Below, in pieces: positions 57,708 through 64,000 of a stretch of 64,000 nt of DNA. The notes under the pieces were generated by a model that was given only the letters and a program-made list of their open reading frames with translations, was not told the origin of the DNA and ran no database searches. The first letter of the stretch is position 1; every line of letters begins with the position of its first letter. The position numbers and the translations under genes were made by a program. Source of the DNA: Chloroflexota bacterium (GTDB lineage: Bacteria; Chloroflexota; Dehalococcoidia; DSTF01; RBG-16-68-14); assembly GCA_022565155.1 (NCBI GenBank), contig JADFKB010000004.1, forward strand, positions 267-64,266. Direction: 5' to 3'.

Positions 57708-58880
57708 ATGGCAGAGCGACGCAAGACCAAGCCGGTCTATATCGGCGATGTGCAGGTAGGCGGCGACGCGCCTGTTGTCGTGCAGTCGATGACGGCGACG
57801 AATACCGCCGACATCGAGGCGACGCTGCGGCAGGTCGATGAGCTGGCTGACCTCGGCTGCGAGATCGTCCGCATCGCCGTGCCGGACAAGGAGGCGGCCG
57901 CCGCGCTGCCGGAGATCGTCCGGCGCACGAAGACGCCGCTCATCGCCGATATCCACTTCGACTATCGCTGGGCGCTGGCCGCGCTGAAGGCGAACATCCA
58001 CGGCCTGCGGCTGAACCCGGGCAACATTCGCGACCCCGAGAAGGTGGGCACGATCGTCAAGGAGGCGAAGGCGCGCGAGACGCCGATTCGCATCGGCGTC
58101 AACGCCGGCAGCCTGCCGCCGATCGATGCGCTGGCGGACGACGAACTGCCGCCGCCCATGCACCAGCGCATGGTCGACGCGGCGATGTGGGAGATCGGCC
58201 TGCTTCAGGAGCAGGACTTCGACCTGATCAAGATCTCGCTGAAGGCGTTCGACGTGCCGACGATGATCCAGGCGTACCGCGACCTGGCCCCGAAGGTACC
58301 CTACCCGTTCCACCTGGGCGTGACAGAGGCCGGCACGCCGCGCGCGGGCTCCGTCCGCAGCGCCATCGGCATCGGTGTCATGCTCTCCGAGGGCATCGGC
58401 GATACGATCCGCGTCTCGCTGGCCGCCGACCCGAAGGAAGAGATACCGATCTGCTGGGACATCCTGGCGTCGCTCAACCTGCGGCAGCGCGGCCCGACGA
58501 TGGTCGCCTGTCCCACCTGCGGCCGCATCGAGATCGAGTTGATCCCGCTTGCCAACAAGGTAGAGGCGCACTTCCAGAAGCTGGGCGCGCCGATCACCGT
58601 CGCCGTCATGGGTTGCGTGGTGAACGGCCCCGGCGAGGCGAAGATGGCCGACCTTGGCATCGCCGGCGGCAAGGGGCGCGGCGTCATCTTCCGCAAGGGT
58701 GAGATCGTCAAGACGGTGAACGAGGACGAGTTCCTCTCCGCGCTGATCGAAGAGGGCGACAAGGTAATCGCCGAACTAGAATCGGGCGCCAACGGCGCCA
58801 GTAGCAACGGTGCCGATGGCTCGGTTCCCGATCCGGTCATTCCGCTCCAGGAGATCCCCGCCTCAACGACGGAACGCTAG
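57708..58880 (+). CDS. ispG: 4-hydroxy-3-methylbut-2-en-1-yl diphosphate synthase (GcpE)
   Basis: TIM-barrel plus 4Fe-4S domain with CPTCGR cysteines. Confidence 0.95.
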   Translation: MAERRKTKPVYIGDVQVGGDAPVVVQSMTATNTADIEATLRQVDELADLGCEIVRIAVPDKEAAAALPEIVRRTKTPLIADIHFDYRWALAALKANIHGLRLNPGNIRDPEKVGTIVKEAKARETPIRIGVNAGSLPPIDALADDELPPPMHQRMVDAAMWEIGLLQEQDFDLIKISLKAFDVPTMIQAYRDLAPKVPYPFHLGVTEAGTPRAGSVRSAIGIGVMLSEGIGDTIRVSLAADPKEEIPICWDILASLNLRQRGPTMVACPTCGRIEIELIPLANKVEAHFQKLGAPITVAVMGCVVNGPGEAKMADLGIAGGKGRGVIFRKGEIVKTVNEDEFLSALIEEGDKVIAELESGANGASSNGADGSVPDPVIPLQEIPASTTER

Positions 58881-58884
58881 CCTC

Positions 58885-59391
58885 ATGGCAATCGCGCTGG
58901 CGTCGCTTGTCCTCGAAGCCTGGCACGATCTCGACCGCGCGACTGCAGACCTCTCCGCCGAAGACGCGGAACGCCGCGTCGGCACTGCCAGCCCGATAAG
59001 CTGGTCGGTCGCGCACTGCACGCACATGGTCGACTCGTGGCTAAACGTCAACTTCCAAGGGGCCGAACCGCACGCCTTCTTAAACGGCGATACGTTTCGC
59101 AAGGGCGCGGCAGGCGATCCGCTCGATTGGGATGCCGTCAAGACTGCGGTCGACCAGGTCCGAAGAGATGCGTCGCGTTATCTGGATTCCGTAGGAGAGG
59201 ATGGCCTCGATCGCAGGGTTGTGTACACCGGCTCGATAGAAGCCCTGCGCGAGACGGGCTTTTCGCCGCGCTACGCAATGATGCGTATCGCTGCGCATCA
59301 CTACTTCCACCTCGGCGAGATCGTCGCTGGGCGTAACGCCCTTGGCCACAGCGTCGGCGACTACCCCGGCCTGCTGGAACGCTGCCTCTAA
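58885..59391 (+). CDS. DinB_2 / DinB-YfiT-like four-helix-bundle protein
   Basis: His-containing helices (…VAHCTHMVDSW…, …AAHHYFHLGEI…). Start refined to ATG, 4 nt after the ispG stop. Confidence 0.65.
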   Translation: MAIALASLVLEAWHDLDRATADLSAEDAERRVGTASPISWSVAHCTHMVDSWLNVNFQGAEPHAFLNGDTFRKGAAGDPLDWDAVKTAVDQVRRDASRYLDSVGEDGLDRRVVYTGSIEALRETGFSPRYAMMRIAAHHYFHLGEIVAGRNALGHSVGDYPGLLERCL

Positions 59392-59840
59392 TGTCCAGCG
59401 GCTGCGAAATTTGCCAGCGCATCGCGCGGTTCACCTCGGACAACCCGTACTTGATCGCAGAGCTCGATACGGGATACGCGGTGTTGGGAGACAACCAGCA
59501 CTATCGCGGCTACACAATCTTCCTCGCCAAGCAGTGCGCGCCGGAGCTGCACCACCTGGCGCCCGACATCCGCGCGCGCTTTCTGAGTGAGATGGCGGAC
59601 GTCGCCGAAGCCGTGTTTCGCGCCTTCGAGCCCCGCAAGCTGAACTACGAGCTGCTCGGCAACTCGGTCGCGCATCTGCACTGGCACATCTTCCCGCGCT
59701 ACGATAGTGACCCCAATCCGCGCTGGCCGGTCTGGAACAACGACGAGTTCCTCCAGTCGCCGCGTCGCACGGATATCGCCCCGGCCGTACTCGCGGAGAT
59801 GCGCGAGCGCGTCCAGCGCGCGCTTGCAGACCCCCGTTAG
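59391..59840 (+). CDS. HIT-family (histidine triad) protein
   Basis: HLHWHIFPR histidine-triad motif. TAATG overlap with the upstream stop. Confidence 0.85.
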   Translation: MSSGCEICQRIARFTSDNPYLIAELDTGYAVLGDNQHYRGYTIFLAKQCAPELHHLAPDIRARFLSEMADVAEAVFRAFEPRKLNYELLGNSVAHLHWHIFPRYDSDPNPRWPVWNNDEFLQSPRRTDIAPAVLAEMRERVQRALADPR

Positions 59841-59847
59841 GCCGCCC

Positions 59848-61155
59848 TCACGCCGTCGGATCGAGCACGCGCGCGACGAAGAGGATCGCGCCCGTCCGTT
59901 CGTGCCGGACGACGAAGAGGAACGCGCGGTCGACGTTCATCACCGCCGGCGGCGGCGAGCTCAAGTCCCCGCCGACGACGCCGGTGGCCGCGGCCGCCTC
60001 CGTGCCCTCCTCGTCCACGGCGATGAACGCCTTGTGGACGAGGTCCTGAATATAGAGGTCGTCCGCGACATCCGACATGCCGGAGAAGTCCGCAAATCCC
60101 GGATCGAACGCAGAAGTCATCCCGAGCGCCTTGAGCGTCTCCTTTAGGCCGAAGCTCGAGTCGAACTCGAACTTCGGCATCGTCAGCGTCACCTGTGCGT
60201 CGCCGAGGCCGCCGATGATCGCATCAAGCGCGTCGGCATCGAGCCGCTCTTCGAACGCCGCGAACTCGCCCTCGTCCGGCATGATCACGTACGCGGAGTA
60301 GTTCAGGCCGCTGTAGGGGAGGCGGACGGTCTGCGCGCCGCCAGCCTCGCCGTAGTTGGTGCGTTCGTTGAGCCGCATCATCTCCGCCTGCACGGTGCCG
60401 CCGTCGAGTAGGTGGAAGTCGCCCGGCGCGGTGTCCGCCGGATCGAACGGGAAGAGCCACGAGGCCTTGAAGAAGACCGCGTTCGTGAGGACGAGGCGCG
60501 TCAGGTCGTCGATGATGCCCGGCTGGAAGAGCTCCGGAATGCGGTCGTTGGTCTGTTCCGCCACCCAGGCGTTGATGAGCTGCCGCGCCGCCTCCGGGTC
60601 GCTCCGGTAGTCGACGAGGCGCATGCCGGCGCCGTAGTGCTGGGCGAGCGTATCGAGGAACGGCGCGAGGAACTCGAACCCCTGCTGGCCCCAGAGCGAG
60701 TTCGCGATCGAGAGCTCCAGCGGATCGCCGCCGCCGATGCCGATGGCGGGCGGCGCGTTCAGCGCCAGGTCGAGCGCGTTGAACGCCGGGTGGAGCCGCT
60801 CCTGCGCGAGGAGGAAGCTGAGCACCTGAGCCATCTCCCGCTCGGTCTCGCCGCGGGCGCCGGCGTAGGTCATCGCCAGCGCGACGGAGATGCTGTGCGG
60901 CGAGTAGACGAGGTTGCTGGCGTCTGCGCGGAGCACCTGGTAGAGGGCGAAGGCGAAGTCCGTGTTGCCGCCGACGAGCGCATCGAGGTCGCCCGCCGGC
61001 ACGTTCGGCTCGGCGATGCGCTCCGCGTCGGAGCGCGCCTCCGCGATGTCGCCCAGCGACGGTGCGCTGCCGCCGCAGGCGGCAAGTGCGAGCGAGAGGA
61101 GCGCTACCCCCGCTAGCAGTAGGAGCGTCTTCCCTTGCGTTGCTAATCGAACCAT
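59848..61155 (-). CDS. serpin (serine protease inhibitor) lipoprotein
   Basis: Lipoprotein signal (LLLLAGVALLSLALAACGG). Serpin hallmarks: NAVFFKASW, hinge EEGTEAAAATG, and C-terminal PFLFVVRHERTGAILFVARV. AAGGAG RBS. Start refined inside track ORF 59848..61275. Confidence 0.85.
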   Translation of the reverse strand: MVRLATQGKTLLLLAGVALLSLALAACGGSAPSLGDIAEARSDAERIAEPNVPAGDLDALVGGNTDFAFALYQVLRADASNLVYSPHSISVALAMTYAGARGETEREMAQVLSFLLAQERLHPAFNALDLALNAPPAIGIGGGDPLELSIANSLWGQQGFEFLAPFLDTLAQHYGAGMRLVDYRSDPEAARQLINAWVAEQTNDRIPELFQPGIIDDLTRLVLTNAVFFKASWLFPFDPADTAPGDFHLLDGGTVQAEMMRLNERTNYGEAGGAQTVRLPYSGLNYSAYVIMPDEGEFAAFEERLDADALDAIIGGLGDAQVTLTMPKFEFDSSFGLKETLKALGMTSAFDPGFADFSGMSDVADDLYIQDLVHKAFIAVDEEGTEAAAATGVVGGDLSSPPPAVMNVDRAFLFVVRHERTGAILFVARVLDPTA

Positions 61156-61291
61156 TCCGCTGTCTCCTTTCGAGGTGATGTGCGCGGGGAGAACCACGTA
61201 TTTGGTAGACGCCTCAGGCGCGGAGTTGGTTCCGCCATGGTAGCGAATGCAGTGCTGGACGTGCCTCCCTCCCATCGACTAGCTTGAATCT

Positions 61292-61576
61292 ATGATGCTC
61301 TGGGAAACGCTGGGCTTGCTCAGCGTGCTGGCGCTGTGGGGCGCCTGCGGGCTGCTGCCCTGGTGCCTCGCGCTGATCGCCGGGCGAGGCCGTGGCGCGC
61401 TCGTTGCACTGCCTATGGCCGCGATTGCCGGCATGGCGGGAGGGCTGCTCGTAGCCGCGCTGGCCAAGGATGGCGCTGGATTCGCCGTCAGCGTTCTCGT
61501 GGCAATTGCGGCTGGAACACTCGTGTCTATTTTGGCAAGTCGGTATCGGCGAAAGGATCTGGTGGCTGATGTCTGA
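61292..61576 (+). CDS. small membrane protein, GlsB/YeaQ/YmgE-like
   Basis: 94 aa with three Gly/Ala-rich TM segments; high GC3. Confidence 0.5.
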   Translation: MMLWETLGLLSVLALWGACGLLPWCLALIAGRGRGALVALPMAAIAGMAGGLLVAALAKDGAGFAVSVLVAIAAGTLVSILASRYRRKDLVADV

Positions 61577-62492
61577 CGGCATTACCTACTCCCTCTCAAC
61601 CATGTGGGCGCAGCAGGACCGCTTCGCCGATATGCACGACTTCGTCCGCGTGGCGCAGTCGCTGGGCTACGATGCGATCGAGGTGAGCCACGCGACGGCG
61701 GAAGCGCCGTTCGACCGGCTGCTGGACGGCAGCGGCGCCCGCTTCTCCGGCATCCACGCGCCTGCCCCCAACCGCGAGGCGCTGGGCAAGCGTAACAGCT
61801 CACTCAACCTGGCCGCGCTCGAGGACGAGGAGCGGCAGACGGCGATCGCGGAGACGAAACGCAGCATCGGCCACGCGGCCAGTGTCGAGGCGGGCTTCGT
61901 CATCGTCCACCTGGGCGCTATCGGCAGCAGGATGCTCGACTCGGAGCTGAAGCAGCGCCGCTTGTTCGACGCCGGTACGCGCACCGGCCCGGAGGTCGAG
62001 GCGCTCCGGCGCGAGACGCTAGAGCGCCGCGCGGAGCAAGCACCGCCGTATTTCGAGCGGGCGCGCGAGTCGCTGGCGGAGCTAGCCGCCGATGCGAAGG
62101 AGCGCGGCGTCGCCCTAGGGCTGGAGAATCGCCTCCACTACCACGAGTTCCCGCTGCCGGACGAGGCGCTGGCGCTGATAGGGGGCTATCCCGCGGACCT
62201 CGTCGGCTACTGGCACGATGTCGGCCACGCGGAGGTGCAGGCGCGGCTCGGCTACGTCGATAAGCGCGCCTGGCTCGATACGCTCGGTTCGCGCACGCTC
62301 GGCTGCCACCTGCATGACGTCGACGGCATCGGCGACCACCGCGCGCCCGGCAACGGCGACGTCGAGTGGGACTACATCGCCGAGGGCCTGCCGGCGTCCG
62401 CGCTGCGCGTCTTCGAGATCAACCAGCGGCAGTTAGATACCGACGTCGCCGGCGCCATCCCCTTCCTTCGCGAACGCGGCGTGGTGGCGTAG
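61569..62492 (+). CDS. sugar phosphate isomerase/epimerase (xylose-isomerase-like TIM barrel)
   Basis: AP-endonuclease-2 / XI-like TIM-barrel pattern with metal ligands (E…D…H…E). Start refined to ATG overlapping the upstream stop by 8 nt. Confidence 0.8.
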   Translation: MSDGITYSLSTMWAQQDRFADMHDFVRVAQSLGYDAIEVSHATAEAPFDRLLDGSGARFSGIHAPAPNREALGKRNSSLNLAALEDEERQTAIAETKRSIGHAASVEAGFVIVHLGAIGSRMLDSELKQRRLFDAGTRTGPEVEALRRETLERRAEQAPPYFERARESLAELAADAKERGVALGLENRLHYHEFPLPDEALALIGGYPADLVGYWHDVGHAEVQARLGYVDKRAWLDTLGSRTLGCHLHDVDGIGDHRAPGNGDVEWDYIAEGLPASALRVFEINQRQLDTDVAGAIPFLRERGVVA

Positions 62493-62569
62493 ACGGATGC
62501 CGCGCATCGTTACGCCGCGTAGGGGCGTGCTTCGAACCTCCAGTTTCGAGTACAGCTCCTTGACAACTT

Positions 62570-62595
62570 CCGAAAAAAGTATACTAGGTGACGCT
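62570..62595 (+). promoter_or_regulatory. TTGACA…TATACT promoter-like pair (14-nt spacer) followed by 6-bp inverted repeat (gtggtg…caccac) and about 200-nt leader
   Basis: cTTGACAacttccgaaaaaagTATACTaggtgacgctgGTGGTGgagtaattCACCAC. The spacer is shorter than optimal. Confidence 0.3.
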
Positions 62596-62800
62596 GGTGG
62601 TGGAGTAATTCACCACAACCTGTAACCCCGTAGGGTCTTCAACCCCGCCATTGGAGACAGGATGTCTCAGCGCGCCGGCTCCGGGGAGCCACCGGTAATA
62701 GCACTAACATCGAACCGAGGACTCACGGAGCCCGCTGGTTAGGCGGGCCTTCTGCGTCTGCTTGGCTTGTTCTGCCGAGCGGCAAGAGAGGAGATCTGTA

Positions 62801-64000
62801 ATGACTAAGCACGGTATCGCTCCGAGAATCTATCGAACGCCCGGGCTTGCGGTCCTGGCCGCAGTGGCCCTCATCGCTCTTGTGCTGTTCCTGGCGAACG
62901 GTGGCGGTGCGGCGCCCCACACTCTGGCCGCCGGCGGTCCTGGCGCGTGTCCCGCCTTCTTCTCCGCGCCGAATGCGGCCGTCCCGGTCGATGGGTGCGA
63001 CGAGGAAGAGTCAGTGGCCACCCACAAGTTCAAGATCACGAATCCAAGCCTCCCACCGCCCCTGCCGGGCCTGGAGCTGACCTGTGTGGTGACGGGACCC
63101 ACACAGATCGCGAAGTCGGCGGTGGGCGACAGTGACGCGGATGGGTTGGATGACGTCCTGACGGAGCTCACGTTCATGAAGCTGACAGGGCGCTGCGACC
63201 CGGGGAACATCCCCGTCACCATGACGGCTGGCCCTCCCCTTCCGCCGTCCTTCGGCCGAATCGAGGAGAAGGTTAACAACACTCCCAAGCTGGATTGCAC
63301 CGCCGGCAACCCAGGCATTTGCGAGAGCTTCTTCGATGTGTTCATCGAAATTGACACCCCGGCGCCGCTCGGAGTGCTGCACAATAACGTCGCCGCCCGG
63401 ATGCAGTGCCAGATCGGCGCGATCCCGCCCATCGAGTGCGATTACGAGCTCAAGGTTCCACCTAACATAGACATGTTCAACGAAGAGGAGAAGAAGATCG
63501 GTGAGCTAACGGAAGCCGGCCATCAGCTCGTCGAGAACGTTGTCGTGCTGGAAGGCCCCTTCAGCGTTGTGCAAGACAAAACGGGGGTGGCGAGCAGTCT
63601 TCAGGCAGTGTTCACCGGAACCGGGGGCACCTTGACGAAGCCGGTGGTGACGGTCAACCCGCCCCAGTGCCCGGCGCCTAGCATCAGTGTGGTAGGCGGC
63701 AATACGGTCGTAATCGACTGGGGTGAGAAGTGCGTGAAGAAAAATGATAAGGTCCAGTTCAGGGTGTTCAGTGAGGTCGCTGAGGGGATCGTGCTGGCCT
63801 CCCGTACTTGGAAGAACAGCGGGGATGCCTTGACCGTCGGCGGCATCTCCGCGGGCGGAGACTTGCGCGCGCTGCCGCTGGAGACAACCGGTTCTGGCAC
63901 CGACGCGGGCCTGCTGGCCGGCGCCATCGCCGGGAGTTCTGCCCTCGCGCTCACGCTGGTCGGCGCGGGCTGGTACGCGCGGAGGCGGTGGCTGCGGTGA
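62801..64000 (+). CDS. secreted Cys-rich protein with LPXTG-like C-terminal sorting signal
   Basis: GAGAGGAG RBS then ATG. N-terminal signal/anchor. C-terminus is ALPLETTGSG followed by a hydrophobic stretch and an RRRWLR tail. The TGA stop ends exactly at 64000. Track ORF starts at 62762. Confidence 0.7.
   Translation: MTKHGIAPRIYRTPGLAVLAAVALIALVLFLANGGGAAPHTLAAGGPGACPAFFSAPNAAVPVDGCDEEESVATHKFKITNPSLPPPLPGLELTCVVTGPTQIAKSAVGDSDADGLDDVLTELTFMKLTGRCDPGNIPVTMTAGPPLPPSFGRIEEKVNNTPKLDCTAGNPGICESFFDVFIEIDTPAPLGVLHNNVAARMQCQIGAIPPIECDYELKVPPNIDMFNEEEKKIGELTEAGHQLVENVVVLEGPFSVVQDKTGVASSLQAVFTGTGGTLTKPVVTVNPPQCPAPSISVVGGNTVVIDWGEKCVKKNDKVQFRVFSEVAEGIVLASRTWKNSGDALTVGGISAGGDLRALPLETTGSGTDAGLLAGAIAGSSALALTLVGAGWYARRRWLR

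Overview
The window is a 64-kb stretch of a very GC-rich (about 68-70%) bacterial chromosome, read by eye only.

Coding density is high. GTG and TTG starts are frequent, and many adjacent genes overlap by 4 nt (ATGA or GTGA). Most long antisense or alternate-frame ORFs in the six-frame track are GC-rich artefacts.

Gene content, in order:
- dinB 3' end (gene is 5'-truncated by the window edge), a small membrane ORF and ogt.
- A MoxR AAA+ / DUF58 / transglutaminase-like operon, reverse strand.
- An M23 lipoprotein peptidase, then prmA and dnaJ on the reverse strand.
- Two antibiotic-kinase-like genes (chloramphenicol-phosphotransferase-like and APH-like). They bracket a 4.7-kb cassette (DUF1330, nitronate monooxygenase, large arylsulfatase, one hypothetical gene). 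The cassette is flanked by about 90-bp direct repeats.
- A metallophosphoesterase and aspS.
- Two tandem GT-C (PMT_2/ArnT-like) membrane glycosyltransferases.
- The mreB-mreC-mreD-mrdA-rodA cell-shape cluster, then ligA.
- A reverse-strand run: WYL regulator, VOC/glyoxalase-like gene, three tandem PPOX-like FMN-binding paralogs.
- hisH, a 2TM-domain gene, hisA, hisF, hisI.
- A lipoprotein gene interrupted by an in-frame TAG.
- HAD and histidine-phosphatase genes.
- A 865-aa Wzy_C(O-antigen-ligase-like)+TPR membrane protein, convergent with a sulfotransferase.
- A hybrid GAF/PAS histidine kinase with a receiver domain.
- An L,D-transpeptidase.
- An ABC sugar-type importer with no binding-protein gene.
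- The conserved rpsB-tsf-pyrH-frr-uppS-cdsA-dxr-rseP-ispG cluster, with a 26-codon uORF translationally coupled to dxr.
- DinB_2 and HIT proteins.
- A lipoprotein serpin.
- A GlsB/YeaQ-like small membrane protein and a sugar-phosphate isomerase.
- A Cys-rich secreted protein with an LPXTG-like C-terminal sorting signal.

No rRNA, tRNA, CRISPR array, transposase or integrase was recognised.

Most notable observations:
- A transglutaminase-like core in which all three catalytic positions (Cys, His, Asp) appear substituted.
- The repeat-flanked cassette between the two kinase-like genes.
- 13-bp-period iterons and a perfect palindrome around the WYL regulator.
- An exact 18-mer shared by two upstream regions.
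- The in-frame amber-interrupted lipoprotein gene.
- The dxr uORF.
- The lipoprotein serpin and the sortase-substrate-like protein.

All coordinates for motifs are hand-counted and may be off by a few nt.
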